Source: the human T2T-CHM13v2.0 reference genome, Homo sapiens. Taken from it: a stretch of DNA of 64,000 nt. Positions 40,171-54,656 of this stretch are shown here, piece after piece; positions within the stretch are counted from its first letter, which is position 1; every line of letters begins with the position of its first letter. The notes beneath the pieces were generated by a model, which worked only from the letters and a program-made list of their open reading frames with translations, did no database searches and was not told the DNA's origin. Where the stretch lies: NCBI RefSeq assembly GCF_009914755.1, contig NC_060925.1; one strand, written 5' to 3'. The translations under genes were made by a program, and so were the position numbers.

Positions 40171-40464
40171 TTTTTTTTAAATTGAGATGCAGTCTTGCTC
40201 TGTCGCCCAGGCTAGAGTGCAGTGGCGCAATCTTAGCTCACTGGAACCTCCACCTCCCAGGTTCAACTGATTCTTCTGACTGAGTCTCCTGAGTGGCTGG
40301 GATTACAGGCACTCGCCACCAAGCTTGGCTAATTTTTGTATTTTTAGTAGAGACGAGCTTCACCATGATGGCCAGACTGGTCTCGAACTCCTGACCTCAA
40401 GTAATCTGCCTACCTCAGCCTCCCAAAGTGCTGGGATTATTGGCGTGAGCCACCATGCCTGGTC
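40171..40464 (-). mobile_element. AluSz/Sx
   Basis: Full antisense dimer (gtctcgaactcctgacctcaagtaatctgcc) with a short T tail. Confidence 0.93.
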
Positions 40465-41054
40465 AAAAATTCAAATTTGATTAAAGCAGTAAGTCGCAGA
40501 TCAAAAAAGATCAATTAACCTAAAGCAATGTATAACCAAAGCAAACAACACCAAGGCACACTATAATCAAATGGCAAAAAGCAAATAACAAAGAAAGAAA
40601 TGTAAAAAGTAGCTATAGGAAAACAACGCATTATGTACTGGCTAACAAAGATAAGAATGCCTCATATTTTTTAAACAAATTAAAGCTAATATTATTTGTA
40701 ATTAATAGACATAAACTAAAAGAGTTGTTAAAGGATAGTTTTCAGGCTAAGGAAACCAATTATAGATAAAACTCAAATTTATAAAAAAAATTGAAGAGTA
40801 CTACATAGAGTAAGTAGATTAAATATAAAATACTTTTTTCTCATTAATTTTTAAAAAGATATTTGACTATTTAAAGTCAAAATAATATTGTATTATGGGG
40901 ACTTAAACATAAGCAGAAATAAAATGTATGACAAGAACACAAAGGACAGGAGTGGAAAAATAGATGAATATTTTCTTAAGGTTCTTAATTGAAGATGATA
41001 ATGTTATCTGAATGTAGACTGTGTTAAATCTAAAGATGCATACTGTGAGCCATA

Positions 41055-41227
41055 GAGCAGAGCTATCTAATAAATCTTTCTGCAATGATGGACGTGTTCT
41101 CTACATAACCAACACAGTAGTCCTTAGCCACACTAGGCTAACAAGCACTTGAAATATGGCCTGCGTAACTAAGGAATTGAATTAAGGAACTGATATGGCT
41201 AGTGGCTACTGCATTGGACAGCACAGC
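41055..41227. mobile_element. MER3 hAT-Charlie MITE
   Basis: ctatctaataaatctttctgcaatgatggacgtgttct...agcacttgaaatatggc...atggctagtggctactgcattggacagcacag. Confidence 0.8.
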
Positions 41228-41929
41228 CTACGATAACCACCATAAACAAAACAAAACAAAATAAACAACATACAAAGATATATTCACGGATAAGCAAATA
41301 AAGGAGATAAAAGGGAAACTAAAAACAAGCAAGCAATCCCAAAAGAGAGAAAAATAAAATAAAAAGGGAACACTGAACAGAAGAGATAAAGTAAATAAAC
41401 AAAATCTTAGCAACAATTATTTAAATATAAATGCATTACACACTCTGTTAAAAGGCAAAGATTGTCATTCTGTATCAAAAAAAACAAATCAAGACCTGGC
41501 TAACTAGCTTTATTATTTTAGAAGAAGTAGACATCAGAGTAAGGAATATTACCAGAGATACAGAAAAACATTAAATAATAACAAAAGAATCAATCAAGAA
41601 GACATTTATAGAACTTTATACATGAAATCGCAAATATACCTCTTACAAGAGTACACGGAAAATTCACCAAGATAGACCATATGGAAGGCCATAAAATATG
41701 TCTCAATAAATTTAAAAGAATTGAAACCAGAGTATGTTTTCTGACCACAATGGTATTAAATTAGAAATCAAAAGCAGAAAGATACCTGAAAAAAAACCTT
41801 AGATATTTGGAAGCTAAACTACATACTTCTAAATAAATAGGACAAAAAATCAGAAAGAAAATTAGAAAATATTTTGAATTGAATGAAAATAAATATATGG
41901 AACAATGCTGAAGTAGAGCTTAGAATAAT

Positions 41930-43345
<1,416 letters not shown>

Positions 43346-43379
43346 TAAGAAAACAAGGAACATAATTTAAAAAAACAAA

Positions 43380-44400
43380 AGAAATATATGGATGACAAAT
43401 AGCATATGAACATATGCTTCACATCACACATCATTAAGGAAATTAAAACAAAGTGAGATACCATACTCACTACTAGAATGGCTAATTATCAATTGCTGTC
43501 AAAGATGTGTAGCAAAAGAAATTCTCATTCATTGTTGATGGGAATGAAAGTGGAGATTTTATTCTCACCAAGTGGACCCAAGGCACCATTTTGAGCAGCA
43601 GTTTGGTGATGTCTTATAAAACTGAACATGGTCTTGCCGTATAATCTAGCAATCATATTGGTAGGTATTTACCCAACTAATTTGAAAACTTGTGCCTACA
43701 CAAGATCTGAATGCAAATGTTCATAATAGCTTTGTTTATAACTGCCAAAAACTGGAAGCAACAAAGATGTGAATAAATAAGCAAATTTTGGTACATGCAT
43801 ACAATGGAATACTATTCAGCAATAAAATAAGTTAGCTATCAAACCAAGCAAAGACATGGATAGATCTTAAATGCGTAATGCCAAATGAAAGAAGCTAGTC
43901 TGCAAAGGCTACATATTATATGTTCTTTTTATATGGCATTCTGATAAACACAAAACTGTAGAGGCAGTAAGCAGGTCAGTGTTTGCCGTCCACACAGGAG
44001 ACATTTTGGGGTGGTGGAAGTATTCTGCGTCATACTTTAATGGTGGATACATGACATGATGCTATTGACAAAACTCATGAAACTTCATGACACCAAGAGT
44101 GGACTTCAGTGTTTGAAAATTCTAAAAAAATCATTTAGAAGGTTCAGAGATTTCAGGATTGCATCCAGAATGCTACAAAATCTTCTAACTATATTACAAA
44201 ATATGAAGTAACCTCACTAAAGGGGCAGAAGGGAAAGTTGCTGACTAAGTAACTTTGGAAATGAGTGAACTCTGTGAAACTAAAGTCCAAAGAAACTGCA
44301 CAAGTACTGTACTCTAGTTGATAAAATTGTTTTCTATGGGAATCCTAGTTAATTCTGAAACGACTATGCATGTATACTATTTAAGTGAAATAACAATCAT
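43380..44400 (+). mobile_element. L1MC/L1MD-like ORF2 C-terminus and 3'UTR
   Basis: gtgagatacc...ttctcattcattgttgatgggaatg...caatggaatactattcagcaataaaa...aacctcactaaagggg...taagtaactttggaaatgagtg. Confidence 0.8.
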
Positions 44401-44758
44401 TGTATTAGTTCATTTTCACAGCACTATAAAGAACTGCCCGAGACTGGGTAATTTATAAAGAAAAGAGGTTTAATTGGCTCACAGTTCCACCAGGCTGGGG
44501 AGGCCTCAGGAAACTTATAATCATGGCAGAAGGGGAAGCAGGCACATCTTACAGGGTGGCAGGCGAAAGAGTGAGAGCAAAGGGGGAAGCACCCCTTATA
44601 AACCCATCAGATCTCATGAGAACTCATTCACTATCAGGAGAACAGCATGGGGGAAACCTCCCTATGATCCAATCACCTCCCACCAGGTCCCTTCCTCAAC
44701 ATGTAGGGATTACAGCTGAAATGAGATTTTGGTGGGGACACAGAGCCAAATCATATCA
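44401..44758 (-). mobile_element. THE1 (C/D-like) solo LTR
   Basis: tgtattagttcattttcac...gagactgggtaatttataaagaaaagaggtttaattggctcacag...ggtggggacacagagccaaatcatatca. Confidence 0.93.
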
Positions 44759-44787
44759 AGTATTATTGCTGTATTATACATAATTAT

Positions 44788-44823
44788 AGTGCGTGTGTGT
44801 GTGCGTGTGTGTGTGTGTGTGCG
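44788..44823 (+). repeat. Interrupted (TG)n microsatellite
   Basis: gtgcgtgtgtgtgtgcgtgtgtgtgtgtgtgtgcg. Confidence 0.9.
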
Positions 44824-47800
44824 GTCATCTGGGCCATCCTATTTCAGGCCCCAGTTGAGACAGAGGTTATCACTTACTGAACATGCCCACAAGATTCAGT
44901 AGCAGTACCACTAGGCCTTCCCAGTAGTTGCAAGATGAGGATTTTATTGATTAAGACAATTTATAGAGACATAAGTTTACTAGAAAACAAAATCCAAAGC
45001 CCAGACAACACTACAAACTCTATATAAGTGAGGAAACAAGTTGTTTTTTCCAGCTGTAGAAACCTTACATCATACTTAAGAGTATGAAAAAAGCAAACAA
45101 ATTCCTGGCAATTAAAATCACTCTTAATATGATAAAGAGATTTGCTGACCTACCATTTACATTTCTGGCTAATTACTAATGTTGCTGCGGGTGTCACAGA
45201 CCATTTTAAAGCATTGTGCTTACCTCAGCAGTGCAGCAAATACCTCCAGGATCACTTCAGTGTTCAACTCTTAAAGAACATACAAAGCAAACTGTGTTTT
45301 CTTACATCAGGGATTTATCCCCTTTGACTATTCCCAGTGTTACATCAGCCTCATTATTTGGGGGCTTGAGCTCTTTTAGAGCATAAAACAACCATTACTT
45401 TGGAGATCAGACAAGCGGTTTTCTTGTGAACAATGGAGAAAACAGAAGCAGATACAGCAAAATTCACTCACCATGGTCTTTCACAAAGCTTTCCTTTCTT
45501 CTTAAAAATAACAGCCCTCACCTCATTTTATACTTGAAGGTCATTTGCTAAAACATGAGATGTGGATTTAATGATCCAATTTCTTAAAATAAACATGGAG
45601 TGCATAGCAAATAACATCTGTCTACTTATGCAGAGAAAAAAATCTACAAACAGACACACAAAGGTAATGAAAATGTCACTGAAGGGATATAAACTGATTG
45701 TAAAGAAAAAATGCAAGTCCAAAATTTTCTATTACCTGACACACCTGGAATCAAAACCATCATTTCTATGGCATGGTAGTCAAAGCCAGCTTTATTTCAA
45801 ACTTTACACACAACACATAAAAAGACTGGTTATGAAAAGTCCACAAGACTGGAATGGGGCATGACATCCGGTTATATAATGCATAGAAAGGGAAGTATGT
45901 GGGTATCTACACAGGCAGCTGCATCAAAATTTCCTCCCTCTAATAGTCAGCCATCTTTGTTTGCCCAAGGTCTTGTAAGTCTCAATCAGAACTTTCATGT
46001 ATCCCGAAACAGCACAAATCAGTAACTTTGGGAAATTCAGTCAGGATTATCAACCTGTCTCTCCACATGTTAAGAAAATCCAAGAGAGCATTATGCAGAA
46101 TGGACTGTAGCCAGCAAGAGCTGTACCTAGCAACAGAGAAACTGCAAACCACACCAGGTTGAAGTTTAGAACCTTGAAAGCTTATCTAAAGTCCTTCCAA
46201 GTTCGGTATGCTTTTAGCATGGAACTGGATGCCTTGCATCGGGAGAACTTCTTGGTGATAAATTTTAGTTATCCCTCTTTATTTGTCCAGAATTTATTGA
46301 TGAGACCATCTCTTCTTGGAGGTTGCCATAGTTCTCTTCAGATTGATAGCACTCTCAGGCTTGCCTTCAAAATCTTTATTGAAATTCGTACTCGTAGACA
46401 TCGGAGTAGTCATTTGACAAAGATCTGCCTCCCATATGAAAGCGTAAGTTCCTATGAGAGAAAAGACCATAATTATTTTTATTCTTCTTCATATTCCAAC
46501 TTGCAGAAAAGTCCCTGGTAGAGAGTAAACTCAGTTACATTTGTAGAGTAAATGAAAGGGCCAGAATGAAAAGGATTTGTGTGTGTCTGTGCATATGTGT
46601 GTTTGCACATATGCACATGTGTGCTCACGGGTATGTTTGTCAGGGTAGGAAAGGGAGATGTAAGAGGACACTTGCTGCTCAGTTCATACCACTTCTAATA
46701 AAACCAGACCCCTGGACCTCTTCCCATGAAGGCATAATGAGCCAGTTTCAAAAGCATGCTCCCTGATGGTGACAGGAGAGAACTCTTGTGGAAAAGGAAC
46801 ACACCACTACCAGTATCTGGGTGGACTTCTCTACTGGAGAAGAGCTGCTTCTTACCATGTTCTTTCTGCCTCATCAATAGAAACAAAGCAAAAGTGATTA
46901 AAATACAAAATGAGAATTTATAATAAAAAAGAAGGGAAATGTTCTAGTTATGAAGACTCTTTAACACTAAAATCCAAATTTTTCTTTCTTCACACACAAC
47001 AAAATACTCAAAAAAGACATGTTTCTCTCATAACAGCTTGTCTTGAGATGTGTGTAAAATGTGTGTTTGCATGTGCACACAGGAGTGTATTATCTGATTC
47101 CTACTACAGTGGGAGACCAGCAAAAAGTCTGTTTTGCACAGGTTAACAGAACAAGTTAGAGAACAAGTTGCACAGGTTAGAGAATAAGCTGGTGGGCTAC
47201 GTATGCCCTATGTTCTTTTACCGAAGGACTGTAAAGATTTGAGCAGAGGTGGGGAATGGACTAGTTGATTCTTTCAGACCTGTTCTAGGTCCCTCATAGT
47301 GTAGTTTATCTGTCAGATGTGTTTCCTTTCACTTCAAGAGCCTAACTGGATATAAATATTAAGGTAGATCTTTCTTTCAAACCACCTATTGGAACAGCTA
47401 TATTTGCTAGGGAGTGTGTGCATCTGTGTTTCAGTTTGCTGCACAACCCAAGCTATTTCTCAGTGTGGAGAGCTCAGAGAATGTAGGAATGTGCTTTACC
47501 TTGCACTTTTTTTCTCAGGCTCTAAATCCAGGCTTTGGGCTCCTTCACACTCCACTTAGCCACATATTTTTAAAATATGTGCACAAGAAAGGTTGATCCG
47601 ATGTCCAAGAAGTCCAAGGAGCTTTTTCAGTGAGGCCTTATTTCTTAGAAACAGGAAAAGTTGCTTTTCAAATAGTAACACACGATGACCTCCAGAAGAA
47701 AGGTGTTATTAAGAGAAAATTATTATTCACATTATTCATGACAAAAGTGAGGGGTAAAAGAACTTGAGTCTTAGAGGGATTGAGCTTGGAGAGAACTTCT

Positions 47801-48229
47801 GATTTTAAAAACATTCTGTTTTGGCAAATGCTGTCTTTCTGTGTCAATTTTTATATTTCTGAGAAGTAAGATCATACCCTTCTAAAACATTTAATCTCTC
47901 CTGCATTTGGAAAGATCAGCATGCTTGGCTTTGTCCCCCTGTTTGGGCCAGTTTTCTCAAACCAGCAACATACTGGGGAATACCAAAATTAAATGTTAAT
48001 CCTCTTGAAAGTTCTCTCTCCTCTGCGTTTTGATAGATTAATAGAATGTTAGGAAGAGGACTCCAAGAACTTTTACTAAATCTTCTTATTCTGACACCCA
48101 AAGATGTGAAACAACTTGTCCGAGGTAACCCAGCAAGGAAATGGTGTATAGACCTCTACTCCAAGCCCATTGACTGTGTGATATGGATGAAAATGATATA
48201 GACATTTTGGACATAAAGGCAATTAGGCT

Positions 48230-48425
48230 TCCTATGATTTCTGCCATTTACTAATTGTGTGATCTTAGACAAATAACCTCTTGAAGACCCGTTTGCTCCT
48301 TTGTCAAATAGGAATAATAGAGTACTCCTCTCCTTCAGCTGAGAGTTTAAAGTGAGATAACCCATGGAAAGAACTTATCAGAGTTTCTGGAATAGGTTAA
48401 GCATTTTAAAACATGCAAAAGTTGT
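48230..48425 (+). mobile_element. MIR
   Basis: ctgccatttactaattgtgtgatcttagacaaataacctc...gagtttaaagtgagataac. Confidence 0.7.
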
Positions 48426-49237
48426 GTAAATGAAGAACTCAACGATTTCCAAGGTGCAGACAGTATTTCTTATGTTAGTAATAAAGGAAAATAATCTTTA
48501 AGCAGAGCCTTGAAGGATAAAGTAAACTTGCCACAGGAGGACAAATGGAAGCAGGAACCCCAGAATGGGGTACGGAAGTGGCAAATCTCAACGTACCTGC
48601 AGGAAATGGCAAGTAGTTAGATTTGGACCAAATGAAAGCGGAGTATAGGGAACAATGAAAGCCATGGTTGAAAAGTGATATAGTGTAAGACGTTTGCAGT
48701 CCTGGTGAAAAAGCTAAGTTTTATTGTACAAGTAGTGAGTTTTGTTCTATTTTAGTAAGAGGAGTAACACCAAAGTTTTATTTTAGGGAGATCAACCAGT
48801 CATACTCAGGAGAGGTTAGAGGAAGGAAACAAACACTAGACTCAGGAAAATTTATTCAAGAGGCTATTGTGATTGCTCAGGCATGAGGTCAGGCAGGAAG
48901 GGGATAGATGGATGAATGCAAAAAAAAAAATAACAAAGAAACTTTTTATTGCTATATATGTTTTTCCTTTTAACACACTTCATTGTAGAACTCCGATTGT
49001 GCCTACACAATACCACCGTCTTCATTGTTTTTAAAAATCAAAGGCTACACAAACCAAACAAGCCTACCTATGTAAGAATTAAAAACGTGGCCAAAAAGGT
49101 TTAAAAATAAAATTTATCCAGCACTATTGTGAGGGGAAGTATTTAAGTAAGTTAATCTTCCAGGTCACTGAAACTGTTGCTAGGAATGTCTATTCCCTGC
49201 TTCCTCTCTTTCCTCTTCATAATCAATTATCTACTCT

Positions 49238-49508
49238 TGCACTGTCTAATAAACCAGCCACTATTTAGCACTTGAAATATGCCTAGTAAACACTAGATTT
49301 TGAAGAGTTAATACCAAACACAGTACGTAAAATATTTTATAGATTTTTTATATTGATTAAATGTTGAAATGATAACATTTGGGGATATGGGTTAAATACA
49401 ACATATTAAAATATTTTCACCATTTTCTTTTACCTTTTTTTGACATAGCTATTAAAAACAGAAAATTATCTATGTAGCTTACATCATATTTGTATTAAAC
49501 AGTGCTGA
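49238..49508. mobile_element. MER33-like hAT-Charlie MITE
   Basis: gcactgtctaata...agcacttgaaatatg...aaatgttgaaatgataacatttgggga...gtagcttacatcatatttgtattaaacagtgctg. Confidence 0.75.
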
Positions 49509-49714
49509 TCTGCAGAGGAACTTGTAAAACTGTAAACCTGATCATGTTATTTTTGTCCAGTGGCTTTCCATTTTACTTAAAGTAGGTAAAACTTATTCTT
49601 CTTCCCAGAACCTAGAAGGCCCTAAATAGACTGATCCTTGTCTACCACTTCAAAGTCATTTTGAACCACTCATTCTCTCATTCACATAATTCTAGCCACA
49701 CTGACCTGCTGAGG

Positions 49715-50306
49715 CAGACTCTGATGGTTGGCAACCCAGGCCCAGGCTGCCTTTCTTCTTTACTAGCAAAAGTCTAACTTTCTTCTCATACTCAGTACTC
49801 AGTGAAGGTAATATCTGGATATACACAGTTTAGTGGGGAAAATTCTGACTGAAGCAAACTCATCATGGTAATTCCAGGCTCCTGGAAAGTAATTTTCTTA
49901 GGCCCTGAAATGTGGTATGATTCTATGCAGTGAGCCACAGGGGAAGTCTGCTGAAGGCTTCTTGAAAAGTTCTCCCACTTAAAAAAGAAAGAAAGAAGCA
50001 GAGATAATCTCTTCTTCAGCAAAACATCCCTGTTCTGCATGTGATGACCAGCTAGAACTATTAATTTATCTTGGGACCCTGAGGGGATCTAGCCAAAGGA
50101 CAAAGATGACAGGCTGAATATGGTGCATGAAATATTGAAAGGACTCCAATTCTTCATAATGTCATTGAACAACGCAATAACCCAAGTCTAGCTCTACTTT
50201 CTTAAGTATGATAATCTATGCTCCTTACTGTGTATATGTACATGTGTGTATTTAAATGTGTCGAGTGAGTTGAGTGTTCTGTTACTTGTAGTCAAAATCA
50301 TCTTAA
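49715..50306 (+). mobile_element. MLT1J-like MaLR LTR inserted in an L2 (L2 at about 49510-49712 and 50310-50630)
   Basis: gcagactctgatggttgg...gggaagtctgctgaaggcttcttgaaaag...gttctgttacttgtagtcaaaatcatcttaact. L2 text on both sides. Confidence 0.7.
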
Positions 50307-52367
50307 CTCCCAAAATCTGCCTATTTTCCATTTCTCTAATACACTCTGTTTCCTGCATTTTGACCTTTGCGTTCTAGCCTTTGATCTTGAGTTTCCATAG
50401 CTGGCTCCTTTGTATCACTCCAGAATATGCCTTTCCTGATTAATCTCTCTAATGTAGCCACTACTCCCCACTCTTTTTCGCATCTTGTTGTTTGTAGTCT
50501 CTTCAGAGACTTCATCACTATCCGATCTTGACTTTGTGATTACTTTTTAGTTTGTTTTCCATTAATAGAATGCAAACTCCATAGTGTGGCAGGCACAGAG
50601 GAGAGATTCAATAAATATTTTTTGGGGAAATAAACAGATAATCTGAGATTTAAATAAAATAAAGAAATATATCACTTCTGCAGAAGAATCAAACAGTCTG
50701 TATTTGGATTTATTAATAAGTGAATTTGTATTGGAATTACATAAAATATAGTGAGTCTTTAATTTTAAACTTCTAGATAATCAGGATATCATTTTTATAC
50801 ACTCCATCAAAAGTCAAGTTACTTGCCTATTTGAGCTAAGTCTTTATGAAACCACTATGATACAATCACCTGATAGGTCAGAAGATTAAAAATTTAGTTA
50901 AACTGTGTTTCTTTATTCGGAAGTATTTAAACGACCTATTTGGATTCTTTTCCTTGTGTTTGGTGGAAAATCTGATAGTTACATCAGATTTTTTTAATTA
51001 TTTTGTCATACTATTGATATATCCTATATTTGAAAGCATAGCAGCACAATACAACAGTGCTGCAGCAAAGGTATGATGAAGATATGTACAAAGTGCTAAG
51101 ATAGTCCAGAAGAGGGATAAATCAACTGACTAAGAGGTATTGGAAAGGATTCACAAGGAGGTGATTCTAGAATCTTTTTTTTAAAGGATCAGTAAGTGAT
51201 CCTCAGTTAGACAAGGTGAAAGGAGGTCGACTGGATCTCCATTTAAGTGATTTTCAGCCAATGCTTAATGATATGTACACTTTCATATGTGGATTAATTT
51301 ATAATCTTCATATCTCAATGGTTTAGCATCCTCCATGCTAATTTATTTTCTGAGCCACTTAACAAAGTTGGCAATACACTTTCTGTTTTTCTGGTAGAAA
51401 TGTTAGTAAAAACCAAAACAACCCAAAGGAAGGCTTCAAACAAAAGGAAAAGGAGAACCTGAGTTTTGTGGGACTTGCATGAATAGCCTTGGATCACCAG
51501 GAGTTGACCCATTTCATTTGACTGTCAATGTCAATTAATAACAGCTCTTCCCTGGATACCTCTACAAAGTTTAGACCTGGGAATGGTGCCAGACCAGACC
51601 CCCTCTTCACTTTTCTTGACAGTATTCCACAAAACCAAAATTCCTTTTATGTTTAGTCATAAAGGAAAGACTATCATATAAGTCAGAAGCACAGATGTGA
51701 CCATGATATATGGGAATCGGGTCCAACACCTCCCAGGACAGCACTGAAATTTTGACATAAAAACCTGTCCCTACTCTTAGAAAACTGTTAGCTTTGTCTT
51801 TATGGCTTCTCTGGGAGCCTCAGCTGTGATCTAGTGAAGCCATAAACTTTCAGCCAACATGACTAAGACCATCTATTCAATATCTGAAGGTTGAGTGTGT
51901 TGACAATAAAAAATATCAAGATGATTGACTATCTTTTAAATTTTAATCCAGATGTTTGATTTTGTGTATTGGACCTTATCTCAGTTCTGGTTAGCTAATT
52001 CTACAACTGAAAAGGCCTCATCCAGACATTTTGACTTCAGGCTGAGTCTACATCATGTTGCTATAGTGGGAGTGAGCTACCTAACGATGTGAATAATTTC
52101 CCATTCACTCATATCTTATCTGACAATGATCACTACTGCAAAACTCACTAACCTGCCCCAAGAAGAAACAAAATATCTTACAAAAATAATTGCAAATGAT
52201 AATGAATGTTTAAATATCCAATATGCACTGAATTTTAAGAGAAATAAGTCTAACATTAAATGGAGCTGGAAATGTGACAAAGATCATCTGGTTACAGAAA
52301 CAAGGATAATTATGAAGAAATAAGAATGTTTGCCCATAAATATCAACTTACATTTATTATTTTTCAC

Positions 52368-52790
52368 TGGGTTATGTTTCACTAATTAAAAAACACTCCG
52401 AATTCTAAGTGGCTTACATACAAAAGTGTATTCCTTGCTCATGTGACTTATTACTATAGAACAGTTTCTGTTCCATCTGTCTTCATTGTCTGGGATCCAG
52501 GCTAAAGAGATGACCTCTATTTGGTACATGCCATTTTCATGTCAGAAAGAAAAGAATGATGGTGGAACCACCATACTTGTTCTAAAGCTTTAGCTGTGAA
52601 AACGTACACATCATTTCTGCTCACATTGGGGCCAAATCAAGTTACATGGCCAAACCTGATGTTGCTGGAGCAGGAAGCATATTCTTACCACAGAGAGAGC
52701 ACAGGGGAGGAAAACTGTATGGATGGGCCTCGTGAATGAAAGAAAAGGATAACATATACTTAGGACCAATTATACACTCTAGTCCACTGC
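52368..52790 (-). mobile_element. Old MLT1 (K/L-like) MaLR LTR
   Basis: gtggcttacatacaaaagtgtattccttgctcatgt...atcatttctgctcacattgg...gttacatggccaaacctga. Confidence 0.7.
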
Positions 52791-52996
52791 TCCACCACTG
52801 CTTCAGTTAAAGTGAAGAGTAGTGTGCAATATCATATCCCTTCTTCTGTTTGTGAATGTCTTTACTTCCAGAAAAATGAAAAAAATTAAATGATTTTTTA
52901 TCCCTTGGTCACAACTTTGGTAGAGCCCACATAGGAAAATAACTTGATTAAATTCAGGTTATTTTTAAGTTAAACTTTATTATTAACAGTGTTTAA

Positions 52997-53463
52997 CCCT
53001 TTTCCCACTTGCCCCAGGACTACTTGCCTGCGGTGCTTGCAGCAGCAGCATTTACCCCGAGATAACTTTGCCACGAAATATCTCGCTTTTATTATTATTT
53101 TCACATTAGTCTAGTATATCAACTTTGGAAACAAGTAAACAAAAGGCATCATTCTATTTATAGCACTCTGATTTTAGTAGTGGTATTTCCATTTACAAAA
53201 TATATTTAATAGTAGTTCTTAAATTGAAAATGTCAAATCCTAAAAAACATGGCATTCCTACGTGTGATGTTGACGTTGTTCTCAAAGTTGTTAGCCAAAA
53301 ATTAGTTTGATGAATCCGATTTTTCTGAAATAAACAATTCTGATGATTCAGATGATTCTGATGGTAGTTCTGTTTAGAAATAACTCCAAAAACCATTTTT
53401 ATATTTTATTTTCACATTTAAAATAAGTCAGATTTGGTTCAGCCTCAAAGAGCATAAAATTAA
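52997..53463 (+). mobile_element. MER75 piggyBac-family non-autonomous element lacking its right terminus
   Basis: TTAA (52993-52996), then cccttttccc...ccccgagataactttgccacgaaatatctcgc...gatgaatccgatttttctgaaat...cagcctcaaagagc, ending at an internal TTAA (53460-53463). Confidence 0.9.
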
Positions 53464-53579
53464 CCCCTTTTTCCATTTAGAAAAAAAAAAGTGCCAACAC
53501 TGCCAACACTCATTTAATTTTACATAAACACACTCTTTGAGGCCATCATCGAGTATTCTCTAGGCAATTGGGAAAAGGA
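53464..53579 (-). mobile_element. 116-bp internally deleted MER75 derivative in opposite orientation
   Basis: Reverse complement of the MER75 right end (ccccttttt ccatttagaaaa...catttaattttacataaacacactctttgagg) fused to the reverse complement of the left end (cgagtattctc...ggcaattgggaaaagga). TTAA on both sides. Confidence 0.8.
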
Positions 53580-54109
53580 TTAAAATATAAGATAATTTAT
53601 CTAATTGAACTTTTCACTTTGTAGCCCGTGAACAAGCTGGCATTGGGCTTGAGTACATAAGCCGTGTTGACTCTGAGAGCCTAATGCCATGAAAAAGAAT
53701 GCTTAGTGTTGTATTTAATTATGGAGCTTTCTAGAGTTCCTAACCTGAGGTAATGTTTAAAGTATAACCAGTTCTTTTTGTGATCCTGTGTATTTTACTT
53801 TTGTTCATTAAAAATATTTGTCTGCAAAGGGGGCCATCCACTTCCCCAGACTTGTACCTCATTCTGCTGGACAAAAATGGTTAAGAACCTCGACTTGATC
53901 TATGGCTTTACAATTTTTTTTTTTTTTTTGGTCATTTCCTATGTGGATTTGCTCTCTCCAATTAAAGTATAAGCTGAAGTAAGAACTATGTATTGCTACT
54001 CCTTTATATTCTTCTTTCTCTAGATGAGTTATTTTACCTTTAGTAGCAAATAACAAAAAAAAGTAAAAATCTATCTCATTTGTCTTTGACAAGGAAGGTA
54101 TTCTTTATT

Positions 54110-54600
54110 TCAGGTAGCATTTTAATACTAAGGTAGAGTGACTTGGAATGCATAATTCAGGGGCTCAAGGACAATACCAAGGATTCAGTTTCTTCTTACC
54201 TTTCTGTGCTCTCATTTTCAGCATGTCAGCTTTATTCTTTGGTAGTCCCAAAAACCACAACTACAAACAGGCACTACAATGTGTAGAGACAGGTAGTTTC
54301 TTCTTTTCATCATTTTTATTTTTAACTTAGGACTAAGGGTGATATTTCCTAGGTAGCCCCCATAAGACAGTTTCCTGTATCTCCTTGGCCAGAATAACAT
54401 CCATAACCTATGCTGAAGCCAATAATTTCTGGCATATGCAATTTGAATTTACTCTTGGAACTGGAGGTAGTCACTACTTTCGTAATCTCAGGGAAGAAAT
54501 GTAGATTCCCAAGCAAAAACACAGCGAAGGAGGGCTCTGTCAGCCAGAGAAAAATGGAGATAAGGCCATTGACTAAGCCACCAACAGTGTCTGCTGTGGT
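54110..54600. mobile_element. Old MLT1 LTR fragments
   Basis: cattttcagcatgtcagcttta...ccttggccagaa...gaaggagggctctgtcagccagagaaaaatggaga...ccaacagtgtctg. Confidence 0.5.
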
Positions 54601-54656
54601 GTCAAAAACAAGGTTTTCTGTCATCCAAAATAAAGCATAGAATTGAAGCAATCGTG

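Noticed and set aside
51039-51063. TAGCAGCAC (miR-15/16/195-like 5' end) with complementary GTGCTGC
   Set aside because: Only a 7-bp stem with a 9-nt loop, far too short for a pre-miRNA, and the rest does not match the family.
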